DNA of 42,564 bases from a virus (IMGVR_UViG_3300046382_000009:1-42564), one strand, 5' to 3'. Counted from the stretch's first letter, positions 8,778-18,340 are shown. A program made the numbers and translations. The notes: a model not told the origin generated them from the sequence alone.

Positions 8778-10580
8778 ATGGCCTTTCCAAGCACTAATTT
8801 CGTTAATCAAGTCACGCTTGTTGTGGCGGACTGGCTCAATGCAGTCAACAACTTCTGTCGAGATGCAATGACGAATGGAGGTGCCGCGTTAATCGGCACC
8901 TCCAGTGGCAACAACGCTCAGGTCGAGTTGAATCTCAAGCCTACGAGTGTTCTCAATATTGCCACCTTGCGTGCGGCCACATCTAATTCATTGCCTGCCA
9001 GCGTAGTAGAGACATTAGCTTATTATTGGCCCGTCCTAGGCGGGAGTAGTAATTATGCCTACGATTCTTCTGACACGACTAGCGCAGACAATGGCGGTTC
9101 AATTATTGTTGATGCAAGCAATCGTCGGTGGAAACTTATCGTTGCTGCGGGTGAAATTAATGTTCGTCAGTTTGGTGCTAAAGGCGATGGAGTTGCAGAG
9201 GATTATGCCCCTATTCGCGCTGCGTATGTCGCGGCGGGGGCTTTCGGCGCACTTTATGCTCCCACCGGAAAATATAAACTCAGCACTAAATTAGTCGTAT
9301 CTAACGGGGTTGGCATTCGCGGAGATGGTATTTATGCCACGCAATTCCTGAATAACTGCGGCGTAGGTGTAGCAGCGATTGAGTTCAATCAAGGGGCCGT
9401 CCCATTCCCCGGCGTTCGCTATACCAAGCACCGTGATTTTGGCGTGTTTCCTTTCGGGGCATCTGGAATCGGGCGCGGTATTGAATTGAATTCAGCCGCG
9501 TGGGTGGCATTCGATAATGTCGGCGCACTAGGTCTTGATTATGGGTTCTATTTTGGCGATTCTAATATCGCTTGTCGATTCACGCGCTGCATTTCCAAGA
9601 ACAACACCACATGTTCCTTCTATGATGCAGTTCATGGCTCATCCTCGTTAGAAAATGTCGATCTGACCTTGCATGATTGCGATGCTGAACAGTCAATCAA
9701 CGGCATCATCATCAACTCGACGCAAATGGCAGTTGATCATTGCACCATAGAGTCCAATAGCGGAACAGATGTTATCGTCAATAAGCCTGCTCGGGTCACG
9801 AATAATTACATCGAAAAAACTGTTGGTGGTGTACTTGGTACTCCATTGAAGATGATGACGGTTGCATCAGGAGCATATGGGGCGCTGATTACCGGCAACC
9901 GCTTCTTGATGAACAACAACACTTACCTAGACGCATTGGACTATGCGGCGCACGGTAACTATCAAAATAACTTCTTTTTCAACATCAACACTGGCAATGG
10001 CGGTCGTTCCGTATTCTTCTCTGGTGGCGCATATACCGCTTCTCTGTTTGGCGGCAACAACGATCTTAGTGGTGCGAACTTCGGCATTGATAGACCGATT
10101 GGAGTCAGCACAACCCTCGGCATGGTTGTTGCCAATGGGGGTGAAGCCTATAACACAGCAGGAAATCCGGGCCTTACATTCTATCGTGATGAAATCACGT
10201 TCACGCCTGTTGCTGTAGGAAGCACAACCGCAGGAACCGGAACGTATACCTACCAAACTGGACGAGCTACCCGAATCGGGAAGCGTGTGTTCTTTGAGCT
10301 TTCTATCTTTTGGACAGCGCATACCGGAACTGGAAATGTTCTTATTGATGGATTGCCCTTCACTAGTGCTGCCGCAGCAACCCCGCTATCGGCTTTGTCG
10401 ATCTACTTCTCATCAATGGCGATGACAGCAGGCCGTCAGGGGATGGCCTACGTTAAAAATAACTCAACTCAGATTAGCGTCGAACAAGCAGACGTTACTG
10501 GCGCTGCATCAACAACGGGTGTTCCCCTCGAGAATGGCAACGTGATTATTTTCTTATCCGGCACTTATTCGGTTCCATAA
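8778..10580 (+). CDS. Tailspike / receptor-binding protein with pectate-lyase-like beta-helix
   Basis: 'VVADWLNAVN' anchor, 'DNGGSIIVD..RRWK', 'INVRQFGAKGDG..DY..IRAA'; Asn-rich beta-helix; C-terminal 'RIGKRVF...GLPF' domain. Confidence 0.88.
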   Translation: MAFPSTNFVNQVTLVVADWLNAVNNFCRDAMTNGGAALIGTSSGNNAQVELNLKPTSVLNIATLRAATSNSLPASVVETLAYYWPVLGGSSNYAYDSSDTTSADNGGSIIVDASNRRWKLIVAAGEINVRQFGAKGDGVAEDYAPIRAAYVAAGAFGALYAPTGKYKLSTKLVVSNGVGIRGDGIYATQFLNNCGVGVAAIEFNQGAVPFPGVRYTKHRDFGVFPFGASGIGRGIELNSAAWVAFDNVGALGLDYGFYFGDSNIACRFTRCISKNNTTCSFYDAVHGSSSLENVDLTLHDCDAEQSINGIIINSTQMAVDHCTIESNSGTDVIVNKPARVTNNYIEKTVGGVLGTPLKMMTVASGAYGALITGNRFLMNNNTYLDALDYAAHGNYQNNFFFNINTGNGGRSVFFSGGAYTASLFGGNNDLSGANFGIDRPIGVSTTLGMVVANGGEAYNTAGNPGLTFYRDEITFTPVAVGSTTAGTGTYTYQTGRATRIGKRVFFELSIFWTAHTGTGNVLIDGLPFTSAAAATPLSALSIYFSSMAMTAGRQGMAYVKNNSTQISVEQADVTGAASTTGVPLENGNVIIFLSGTYSVP

Positions 10581-10617
10581 TGAAATCCGCCACCATCACT
10601 AGCGGGCCTTCTGGAGA

Positions 10618-11046
10618 ATGAACATGGGTTATCGCTGCAAACATTTTGAGATTCGAGAACTGGTTTCTCCGGCCATTCACAAGGCCCGTGGAGATGCTGC
10701 TTGGGAACTTCTTAACCCCGCCGCTCTACGTATGTTGGATGCGCTGAGAGACAAGTTCGGCCCTGTGACAGTCAACAACTGGCATACCGGGGGTCAGTAT
10801 TCCGAGAGCGGCCTGCGAGATGCAGGAACTTCGACTGGCGCGGCCTTCTCCATGCACAAGTTTGGTGGCGCCTTCGATTGCAAGTTCAAGGATCACACTG
10901 TGCAAGAGGTTTATCAGCACATCGTCGCGCGCCCGCAGGATTTCCCTGAAATTACGACACTCGAAAACATCCAATTCACGAAAACTTGGCTGCACTTCGA
11001 CGTTCGCAACAACGACACCCCCGGAATCAGGATCGTAAACCCATGA
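10618..11046 (+). CDS. Endolysin, peptidase M15-like
   Basis: 'SGLR...SMHKFGGAFD...WLHFDVR' zinc-peptidase ligands; first gene of the lysis cassette. Confidence 0.82.
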   Translation: MNMGYRCKHFEIRELVSPAIHKARGDAAWELLNPAALRMLDALRDKFGPVTVNNWHTGGQYSESGLRDAGTSTGAAFSMHKFGGAFDCKFKDHTVQEVYQHIVARPQDFPEITTLENIQFTKTWLHFDVRNNDTPGIRIVNP

Positions 11047-11279
11047 TGGCACTGCTCAAACAACTGTTGACCGGTTTAGACGGTCAGACTTATGACTTCG
11101 CGCGCATCCTCGGGCTGCTTGGCGGCGTTGCGTTTATTATCATGGGATTTAAGTCGTGCTGGACGGCAACAGACGTTCACCCGTTCGACTTTCAAGGATT
11201 CGGCATCGGATTTGGTTCGATGGCTGCCGGTATCGGCACGCTGTTGAAATTGAAAGAGGCATCGGAGCCAAAAGCATGA
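11043..11279 (+). CDS. Holin-like membrane protein
   Basis: Two hydrophobic segments; 'LLTGLDGQTYD', 'FDFQGFGIGFG'; sits between endolysin and spanin. Confidence 0.65.
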   Translation: MMALLKQLLTGLDGQTYDFARILGLLGGVAFIIMGFKSCWTATDVHPFDFQGFGIGFGSMAAGIGTLLKLKEASEPKA

Positions 11280-11764
11280 CCAGCCTGATCCCGGCACCCT
11301 ACGCCATCTTCGCGCGGATTGCCCTGTATTTGCTCCTCCTGTGCGCTTACACGGGGTTTGTGTGGGTCAAGGCCACCACCCATCAGGAAAACGTTTATCT
11401 CGTCGCACAAGCGAAGCAGGAGGCTTCTGCGAGTCGGTACAATGACTCGCAGCGCGCCGCACAACGGAAAATTGCTCAAAGCTATCTGGAGGAAAAACAT
11501 CGTGTCGAAATTCAGCGTGACAATCTTGGCCGCTCTCTTGCCCATGCTCTCGGCATGTTCCACTCTCTGCAAGGAGCAGTTGCCGCCAACAGCGAGAGTG
11601 GCCCCGACGACAGACCCATCCCTTTTGGTGATCCCCGATCCGCCGCTATTGACGCCAGATTTAGTGCAGCAATACAACACGATTCACAGGCTTACGCCGG
11701 GTGCTACACCCAAATAGTTCATTTGGTCGCTTCCTGTAAGGCTGGCGGCTGCGACAAACCCTGA
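11276..11764 (+). CDS. Rz: i-spanin (Rz-like)
   Basis: N-terminal TM helix, Ala/Gln coiled coil, C-terminal Cys; contains the embedded lipoprotein gene. Confidence 0.75.
   Translation: MTSLIPAPYAIFARIALYLLLLCAYTGFVWVKATTHQENVYLVAQAKQEASASRYNDSQRAAQRKIAQSYLEEKHRVEIQRDNLGRSLAHALGMFHSLQGAVAANSESGPDDRPIPFGDPRSAAIDARFSAAIQHDSQAYAGCYTQIVHLVASCKAGGCDKP
11502..11717 (+). CDS. Rz1: o-spanin lipoprotein (Rz1-like) embedded in +1 frame of Rz
   Basis: GGAGG then GTG 11502; signal 'MSKFSVTILAALLPMLSAC' with LSAC lipobox; Pro-rich mature part. Confidence 0.82.
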   Translation: MSKFSVTILAALLPMLSACSTLCKEQLPPTARVAPTTDPSLLVIPDPPLLTPDLVQQYNTIHRLTPGATPK

Positions 11765-11776
11765 AAGAGATGGCCC

Positions 11777-12061
11777 GTGGAAAAGACTCGCACCGAATTA
11801 ATGGATACTTGGGTGGGCAAGACGCTGATCGGCGTTCTTGGGTCTACGTGCGCCTTGGCTGTTGTTATCGGCGGCGCTCTGTTGAGCAAGATGGATCAAC
11901 TTCACGATGATGTTGTCACGATCAAAACTCAAATGCCCTACATGGTTCGTGATATTTCCAATATCACCGACGCGCAGAAGCAAAATTACACGGATCATCT
12001 GTCATTTCAGGCTCAATTTTCTGATCTTCGAGAGATGAACTACAGGCACGGTTGGCGCTAA
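11777..12061 (+). CDS. Single-TM coiled-coil protein, possibly holin/lysis accessory
   Basis: One TM segment followed by a coiled coil; last gene of the late operon. Confidence 0.5.
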   Translation: MEKTRTELMDTWVGKTLIGVLGSTCALAVVIGGALLSKMDQLHDDVVTIKTQMPYMVRDISNITDAQKQNYTDHLSFQAQFSDLREMNYRHGWR

Positions 12062-12331
12062 CAGACCGACAGATAGATGCCGAATGAACTGGTCAGAATC
12101 TTCTTTACTTGCCCGCGTCTCGTTCACGAACAAGAAGCCATCCTCTCTGACAGTCCACGCCACCGGCTCATCACTGACTTGCGCCGCCTTTGCTTGTAGG
12201 CTGTCGAGAATGCGCAGGGCTTCATCAATCACGTTTAAGCTCGCATACCGTTGGTCATTAGCGCAGGCCGCGTGACCTAAGCGCAAAGCTGCGCGCACGT
12301 TGTCCAACTCACTCTTGCTGTTCTGTGTCAT
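12002..12331 (-). CDS. Hypothetical protein (EPVAW motif, Ead/Ea22-like)
   Basis: Coupled to the upstream gene; 'DEPVAW' motif common in lambdoid accessory proteins. Confidence 0.55.
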   Translation of the reverse strand: MTQNSKSELDNVRAALRLGHAACANDQRYASLNVIDEALRILDSLQAKAAQVSDEPVAWTVREDGFLFVNETRASKEDSDQFIRHLSVGLLAPTVPVVHLSKIRKLSLK

Positions 12332-12576
12332 GATTTTCTCTCCAAGATATTTTTACCGGCATCCTTCTGGAAGTCTGCCAACGCTTGATCCATCCTCTCA
12401 AGGCACTGCTGAGCGGCCGACAGAGGCGTTGGCAGACAGAACTCAGACCGGATGTTGAAAGTTGCACCCTGTGATGCGACGTGCATTTCGATTGATCCGT
12501 GCCATCCTTTCCCGGTATGAGAAACGCTCGGCTTTCCGTACTCACTCATGCGCTGGAGAATCTGCTCAAGATTCAT
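12328..12576 (-). CDS. Hypothetical protein
   Basis: Operon packing; SD present. Confidence 0.6.
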   Translation of the reverse strand: MNLEQILQRMSEYGKPSVSHTGKGWHGSIEMHVASQGATFNIRSEFCLPTPLSAAQQCLERMDQALADFQKDAGKNILERKS

Positions 12577-12578
12577 GT

Positions 12579-12920
12579 TTAATCTTCCACAACTAAAAAG
12601 TTATTGGGGTAAACACATATTTCGTCGCCGGGAAACGAGGGGCAATACAGGCCAAATTTCTGTAATTTCCACGACTCACTAATGACCCATCCGTCTGTTG
12701 TCTTGGTGGCGAATTTCTCAAACGGATAAGTGCCGTGATTGTCTGACGCTGCTGAAAAACAAAACCGCACGTAGCCGTCTATATTTCTGACGATAAAGGT
12801 GTTGGTTTTATCTCTAATGCTTTTCCTGTGACGTTCGGCCGCTGCAATGAGCAATGCCATCATCAAAAAAAGAAGTGCGATTACCCCTGCAAGGCAAATA
12901 AACCCAAAGGCCGAGTTCAT
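12579..12920 (-). CDS. Hypothetical membrane-anchored protein
   Basis: N-terminal TM segment; ATGA overlap; AT-richer sequence. Confidence 0.55.
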   Translation of the reverse strand: MNSAFGFICLAGVIALLFLMMALLIAAAERHRKSIRDKTNTFIVRNIDGYVRFCFSAASDNHGTYPFEKFATKTTDGWVISESWKLQKFGLYCPSFPGDEICVYPNNFLVVED

Positions 12921-13120
12921 TTCCGAGCCCGCGTCAGCCGATCAAGTGTTGCTGCATATCGTTGCGCAGCTTCAAACATACTCTTTCGCTGACGATCAAG
13001 TTCCCACCCCTTTAAATCGTGATTCCATCGCTCGACATATCTCAACAATTCCAAAGTGGCGTCCAAGTGACGACTCTTGGCGTTGGCAATCTTCTTTGCT
13101 GCTGTTATGCGGCATCTCAT
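12917..13120 (-). CDS. Hypothetical protein
   Basis: SD GAGGTG upstream of ATG 13120. Confidence 0.55.
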   Translation of the reverse strand: MRCRITAAKKIANAKSRHLDATLELLRYVERWNHDLKGWELDRQRKSMFEAAQRYAATLDRLTRARK

Positions 13121-13128
13121 GGATCACC

Positions 13129-13902
13129 TCAAAAGAATGACGAGTCGTAGCCGCGATCCAACTGCCAGTAACGCAGCAGGGAAGAGAACTTCTGGAATGC
13201 AACTTCATCGCCCTCGGCCCATCTGTGGACATACACAAGTCCGGGGATGCTGGTGCTGACAAACACATTCACCAGATCGCAGTCGGGGCTCACGCCTTGA
13301 GGAACCAATCCGTGACGGTATGCGGCCAACTGCATCAGATGCTCCGGCCAAGCGAGTTTGGCTTTCTTCACATCCTCAATGTCGAAAGCCTTGCACTTGA
13401 AGTCCGCAACGCAGATGTTGGAGTGAAGATCGACCTTGCCGCCATACCCGAGCTTGCTGGCAAAGGACTTCTCCGAACGCCAGCCAGTGCCCTTGTAGGG
13501 CTCCATGGAGGCGATAGCCGTCTCTACGTGTGGCTGATACTCCTGTGGATACCGCTCGCCATTCAGATGCTTCTCGATGGCGCCATGGATGGCGGAGCCA
13601 AGATCGCGTGCTTTGCTGGCCTGAGCCTGAGAATCTTCCATCACTCGCTTGGCGAATGTATCCGTTGCCTCGCCTTCGATACGCGGCAGAGTAAGGGCGG
13701 CTTCGAGCGTCTGCTGAATCTTCCAGCGCTCCAGTCCCGGTTTGGCTGCAACCTTGAGGATTTCTGTGACAGACGGAACCCACAGATTCTTGCGAGCGTC
13801 AGCCAATGTGGATGGCCGCATCTTGCCGTTTTTAGCCATCACTTCCCATTGCGAGGAGCCATCTCGACCATAAAAATGCGTACTTTCACTTGCGAAGGCC
13901 AT
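13129..13902 (-). CDS. Cas4-like / PD-(D/E)XK exonuclease
   Basis: Start MAFASE with AGGAG SD; 'PSVTEIL', 'GSAIH', 'YGGKVDL...DFK', 'QLAAY'. Confidence 0.85.
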   Translation of the reverse strand: MAFASESTHFYGRDGSSQWEVMAKNGKMRPSTLADARKNLWVPSVTEILKVAAKPGLERWKIQQTLEAALTLPRIEGEATDTFAKRVMEDSQAQASKARDLGSAIHGAIEKHLNGERYPQEYQPHVETAIASMEPYKGTGWRSEKSFASKLGYGGKVDLHSNICVADFKCKAFDIEDVKKAKLAWPEHLMQLAAYRHGLVPQGVSPDCDLVNVFVSTSIPGLVYVHRWAEGDEVAFQKFSSLLRYWQLDRGYDSSFF

Positions 13903-14560
13903 TTGGCTTTCTCCTGTTTTGACAGTTGATTTTGTGGGTAGTCCAGCGACAGTTATCCTTGGAATAGCCCTTGCTGTTGTCGATGCGATCCAACTCCATG
14001 CCGGGAGGCGGGTCGCCCATATCCTCGTAAAACCCCTTGAACGTGCGCCATTCGTCGGAAACGGTAATGCCGCGTGCGCCATACCACTTATAGGCCCAAG
14101 TATTTTCTCGGTAGCAGCGGTTTATCATCGCCTGCCATCGAAGATAGATTTTCGATCTAGTCTTCCCGTGCTTGCGAGGGACTTCCTTCCTTCTTTGCGC
14201 TGAGAAGCAGCCGCAACTCTTGGTGTGCCCCGTCCTGAGGTGACCGCCACAAACAATCACTTCCTTTCCGCATTCACACAGACATCGCCACTTAATTGGA
14301 GTTATCCCTACCTCGGTGGCCCTATCAATAACCTTGAGGAGCCCGTATAGATTCCCTTCCATGGCCATGTATGAGGCGCTAGGCCTCCCTTTACTCACAC
14401 AGCCGCAACTTCTGGATAATCCCCTTTTCAGGTTTCCGACGAAAACCTCCCGCTTATTTCCGCAGTCGCATTCGCATAGCCACTTCGACCATGCCGGTAA
14501 TTTTTCGATTACCACATACATGCCGAACCTTTGGCCAACGATGTTGATGCGCTTGGTCAC
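13886..14560 (-). CDS. HNH-type homing endonuclease with two CxCxCG/SCGC repeats
   Basis: 'WLCECDCG..SCGC' twice; 'YGARGITV', 'LDRIDNSKGYSKDNCRW'. Confidence 0.85.
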   Translation of the reverse strand: MTKRINIVGQRFGMYVVIEKLPAWSKWLCECDCGNKREVFVGNLKRGLSRSCGCVSKGRPSASYMAMEGNLYGLLKVIDRATEVGITPIKWRCLCECGKEVIVCGGHLRTGHTKSCGCFSAQRRKEVPRKHGKTRSKIYLRWQAMINRCYRENTWAYKWYGARGITVSDEWRTFKGFYEDMGDPPPGMELDRIDNSKGYSKDNCRWTTHKINCQNRRKPNGLRK

Positions 14561-14561
14561 T

Positions 14562-14804
14562 TCACTGCACCCGATAGCAGCGCCACTTCTTGCTTTTGGG
14601 ATCGCGCTGGACTGAGAACTTCTTGGAATGTCGACGGGCGTAGTGACACGCCGCTACGCGCACGCGCTGAATCTCAGCCTTGTCGACGCCGATCTGGAAG
14701 TTGCTGCCAACAGGCATGTCAGAAAACGGATATAGCTTCCACTCATGTCCCCCTGCCTTTCCCGGTGGAGGACTTCCATCCATCTTAATGTTATATTTCT
14801 TCAT
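14562..14804 (-). CDS. Small basic putative DNA-binding protein
   Basis: 'YPFSDMPVGSNF...RCYRV' conserved phage family pattern. Confidence 0.65.
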   Translation of the reverse strand: MKKYNIKMDGSPPPGKAGGHEWKLYPFSDMPVGSNFQIGVDKAEIQRVRVAACHYARRHSKKFSVQRDPKSKKWRCYRVQ

Positions 14805-14827
14805 ATTATTTATCCTTATTCGATAGA

Positions 14828-15151
14828 TCAGAACGGAATATCGTCGTCTTCAAACCCACCGGAATTGGCATCTTCTGGTGGCACGCGCTGTCTGTCGCCC
14901 CTTGGTTTCTGACGAGGCTCTCGGGCCTGCTTTTCTTCTTCCTTGGATTTCTTCTCGCGCGGAACCGTGATCGCCAGTGACATATAGGTTTCACCGCTGC
15001 CCGCAGTCTTCTCCCACGCAGCGATGTCCCATATCTCTCCGGCCATGCTGAACGTGCCTCGAAAATCAGGAGAGGATTCTCCCGGCTTCTTGAACTTGTT
15101 AAGGAACATGACGCCGCTCATGTCCTTTTGTTTGTATTCTTTTTTGCCCAT
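14828..15151 (-). CDS. Single-stranded DNA-binding protein-like
   Basis: 'PDFRG...IAAWEK...YMSL' OB-like core and acidic tail 'EDDDIPF'. Confidence 0.75.
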   Translation of the reverse strand: MGKKEYKQKDMSGVMFLNKFKKPGESSPDFRGTFSMAGEIWDIAAWEKTAGSGETYMSLAITVPREKKSKEEEKQAREPRQKPRGDRQRVPPEDANSGGFEDDDIPF

Positions 15152-15163
15152 GATCTTTCTCGG

Positions 15164-16189
15164 TTAGTCCTTCTGAATAGTGATAGCGCGCTCGTCACAG
15201 CGCTTGGCGAGGAATTCCTGCATGTCCTCTGGCATTTCCAGAGTCAGTTCGATGATCTTTTCCAGCCGATCCATCGTGTCGGCTTTTCTGATCTGATCCC
15301 AACAGTCGAGGAACTGAGCTTCGTGCGGACTGATGAGTTTTCCGCGTTCCTGATACAAAGCGCGTGCGCGGCCCTTCTCGGCCTCAGTCGGCAATCTTGC
15401 GGCCAGTGGCCCCGCCAGTTTCAGGTCAGCGATGGTGAAGGCTAGAGCAATTACCGCCTCTACCTCCTCAAACTTCGTTGGAGGCCCCTCAGATTGCGCT
15501 GGAGGCGTTTTAGGCTTGCTTGCAGAGGTCTGTGGCGCTGAGGTCTTTGAATGCGCTTCTGCGGCCTCCTGTAGAACCATGTCTTCAATGTCCTGCGTGA
15601 AGACCTCGGACAACCCGGCCAATCGGAGGGTGGCGTCGATGGCGGCGGACTTGGCAACCATCTTGAGGCACTTATTCAGATCGCCATAGTCCTTGTCCAG
15701 ACTGCGACCGCCCACGCCAGAGGCCACCACATGTTTTCGACTGTCGACAATCTCGCACCGGAGAATGATGTCTTGAATAGCGACACCGGAATAGGCAGCT
15801 TTCTCGTACTCCAGAAGGGACGGGAATGTGGCCGTTACGCCCATCATGCCGATGATCTTTTCGGAGCCGGGCTTCCACAGACTGGGCTTGGAGAAGTGCG
15901 ATGGGTCAGCACACCCACTGCGCGCGTCCTTGCAGTTCTTGGCTGTGTGAATTCTGCCGAAATCCACTCCCTCCACAAGACTGTCGCGCACCCACTCGAC
16001 CAGCGCCTTGCGGTTGTCTCCGCGACGACTTAAGCCCTGCTTGAACACTTCCACCGGCATATCCAGCGGGGAGCCGTACTCAGCTATCTGAGAGGGCTTG
16101 TCAGCAACGACCATGTCGCGCTCTCCGCTCATTTGCGGCGCTTCCTGCACCAACTCGCCCTCGATTGCTTCTTCCTTTCTCTTTGCCAT
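15164..16189 (-). CDS. Putative ssDNA annealing/recombination protein
   Basis: 'PSLWKPGSEKI', 'NKCLKMVAKSAAIDA...SEVFTQDIED'; lies upstream of SSB and exonuclease. Confidence 0.6.
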   Translation of the reverse strand: MAKRKEEAIEGELVQEAPQMSGERDMVVADKPSQIAEYGSPLDMPVEVFKQGLSRRGDNRKALVEWVRDSLVEGVDFGRIHTAKNCKDARSGCADPSHFSKPSLWKPGSEKIIGMMGVTATFPSLLEYEKAAYSGVAIQDIILRCEIVDSRKHVVASGVGGRSLDKDYGDLNKCLKMVAKSAAIDATLRLAGLSEVFTQDIEDMVLQEAAEAHSKTSAPQTSASKPKTPPAQSEGPPTKFEEVEAVIALAFTIADLKLAGPLAARLPTEAEKGRARALYQERGKLISPHEAQFLDCWDQIRKADTMDRLEKIIELTLEMPEDMQEFLAKRCDERAITIQKD

Positions 16190-16210
16190 GTCACCCTCCT
16201 GTCTGATTCG

Positions 16211-16238
16211 ATTATGACGCCTTATCGTAAATATTCAA
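16211..16238 (-). promoter_or_regulatory. Putative sigma70 promoter for recombination genes
   Basis: TTGAAT-16 nt-CATAAT on the minus strand in an AT-rich gap, upstream of SD AGGAGG. Confidence 0.45.
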
Positions 16239-16254
16239 GTCGTCAATATGTAAA

Positions 16255-16869
16255 TTATCTCTTAGCCCTGACGCGATCCAGAAACGATCCAACCTTCTGC
16301 TGCTGATCCTTGTGCGGCTGAGGGTCTGGCGTTGGCTCAACCACCTTGGCGGGAACAGACAAGATGTAGTCCAGTGTCTTCTGCCCGTACACCTCCAGAA
16401 CCTCCTCCTCGCCCAGCCTCTCCAGCAACAGACGCGCGCAAAGCTCATCACTCCGATGAGGCTTGAACGGAATCCCGTGATCCAGATACAGCCGAAGAAG
16501 CTCCTCGCCCTTAACTCGACTCCCCTGCACTGCGTAATGCCCGCCACACAGAGGACTCCCGCCGTTGGTTACGCTCCACAAGGCTGGGCATCGCTGTCCG
16601 TTCACCGTGAAGCTGCACTGCATGTCACGACTGCCGCCACCGTCCCCAGTCTTGTCCTCGCCGTGAATCCGTTTCATCACATCCGCAGGCATGGGCGCGA
16701 ACCGGCCGTATTTCATGTGAGCATCCAGAGCCCGACTCACATCCGACAGATACTCGTCTTTAAGGGCATCCCACCAGATGGCGAGCTCCTCGGGCGTAGT
16801 CGTCTTGCTATAAAACGACCGCGCCCGATGAACTTCCTTGAACAGCTTTTCTCTGTCTGTTGGAATCAT
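16255..16869 (-). CDS. Helicase loader/inhibitor-like replication protein (lambda P / G39P-like)
   Basis: 'WWDALKD...VSRALDAH...FAPMPADV' followed by a Cys/His cluster. Confidence 0.6.
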   Translation of the reverse strand: MIPTDREKLFKEVHRARSFYSKTTTPEELAIWWDALKDEYLSDVSRALDAHMKYGRFAPMPADVMKRIHGEDKTGDGGGSRDMQCSFTVNGQRCPALWSVTNGGSPLCGGHYAVQGSRVKGEELLRLYLDHGIPFKPHRSDELCARLLLERLGEEEVLEVYGQKTLDYILSVPAKVVEPTPDPQPHKDQQQKVGSFLDRVRAKR

Positions 16870-18020
16870 CAGAAGGGGATAAACGATTCAAGGCAGCGTT
16901 CTTGGAACCAATATCCCTTAATCAAATAAGGCATTTTTGTGCCAGACTCAATTCTCTCAATTAAAAACTCACGCCCAATCATTTGGGCCATTTTGCTTCT
17001 TTCCCGAGAAGAACTGTCCCAGTATTTAAATTCTTCTTCGTTTGGTTCAAGCACAACGACTGCATCGCCAACACTGAATTTCAGTTTTGGCTTGGCCTCC
17101 TCTACCAACTCCAGTTCGTTACGATAATAAACATCTTCCTTGTTAGTGGAGTCCCTGCCCCTGCCAAATCCATACTCATTGAGGTCAACTGCAACAATAG
17201 TCAGAACGTCTCCAACTTTATCGCTGTGGACTAGGAGAGCGCCGGGCATAATACGTACCTTGTCCCCAGCTTTTAGAGTGGGCTTTGCAGGCTTGGGCTC
17301 GACGCCATCTACGACAAGCTCGACCTCGTCTTTGAGATAAACATCGCCATCGCCGTCATCATCCAAGCGGACGGATATATCGCCATCTTCATCAACAGCT
17401 TCAACGATGAGAATATCTCCGGGCTTGTCTTTATCGCACAGACCTGCATCAGCCAGAATACGAACTCTGTCACCGACTTGGAATGGTCTTTCCTCTGGCT
17501 TAGGCATGAAGTCCGTAAGTTCGGCGTGATGGCCGGAAATCCACCAGATTGATGAGTCGCCAATCTTGGAGACGCCGAAATCATTGGAGCCAATCACTTT
17601 AACCACACAGTGGTCGCCAGTATTTAGGCGGGCTCCGTGCGGCTGGTTGACAGTGATGGTGATTAACTGCCCAATGCTGAACTTCTTTCCCTTATCGACT
17701 GACCGAGATTCGGTAACAGGGGCGCATTCGTCGATAAAAATAGCCGCTGCCTGCCTTCCGGAAATAGCATTTGCAAGTTCCACCTCATGTTGGAAGTAGC
17801 CCATTGCACCCGCCTTGATATGGTGGGCGCCACGGACGAAGCCATCTTCTCCAGAGACTTCCACAGCGACAAACACATCGCCGGGCTTATCCAGATTCTC
17901 TCCGGTCTGTGGGTGAACGCAGATGGATGCGTCAGGCTTAATCTTGACTGTGGCGCCACTGCGTAGGCCGGGACTGGTCATGTAAGGGGCAAGCCCGAAT
18001 GATGCTGTCGTGTCACTCAT
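16869..18020 (-). CDS. Protein with about five tandem KOW/SH3-like repeats
   Basis: Repeats beginning 'FxVGDxVxI', containing 'DKPGD' and ending 'EVELV'. Confidence 0.65.
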   Translation of the reverse strand: MSDTTASFGLAPYMTSPGLRSGATVKIKPDASICVHPQTGENLDKPGDVFVAVEVSGEDGFVRGAHHIKAGAMGYFQHEVELANAISGRQAAAIFIDECAPVTESRSVDKGKKFSIGQLITITVNQPHGARLNTGDHCVVKVIGSNDFGVSKIGDSSIWWISGHHAELTDFMPKPEERPFQVGDRVRILADAGLCDKDKPGDILIVEAVDEDGDISVRLDDDGDGDVYLKDEVELVVDGVEPKPAKPTLKAGDKVRIMPGALLVHSDKVGDVLTIVAVDLNEYGFGRGRDSTNKEDVYYRNELELVEEAKPKLKFSVGDAVVVLEPNEEEFKYWDSSSRERSKMAQMIGREFLIERIESGTKMPYLIKGYWFQERCLESFIPF

Positions 18021-18340
18021 GACTGCCCTTCCTTTTTCTTATACAGACCAAGCGCTGTGTGCGCCTTGGCGTGGAAGTTGATCTGCACAGCATTACGCAC
18101 AGAGGCGTAGCTGGCTTCCGGGTTTTCCTTCAAGCACTCGATGACCGACGCGCAGAAGATCATGGCGATGGAGCAAGGAAGAACAGCCTTCATGGCTGCG
18201 TCCTGCTCGCGCTTGGCCTGATCAATCGACTTGTTCATCATGTGGGCAACGTAAGTCACCAAGTCCTGATAGTTGTCGATCTTTTTGACGTTCTCGTAGG
18301 CTTCTTCAAAGATATGCGGAAATGCTTCTGAAAGATTCAT
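18017..18340 (-). CDS. Hypothetical protein
   Basis: Start MNLSEAF with GAGG SD. Confidence 0.6.
   Translation of the reverse strand: MNLSEAFPHIFEEAYENVKKIDNYQDLVTYVAHMMNKSIDQAKREQDAAMKAVLPCSIAMIFCASVIECLKENPEASYASVRNAVQINFHAKAHTALGLYKKKEGQS

Noticed and set aside
13903-14082. N-terminal extension of the exonuclease ORF
   Set aside because: It overlaps the HNH gene; a good SD supports the start at 13902
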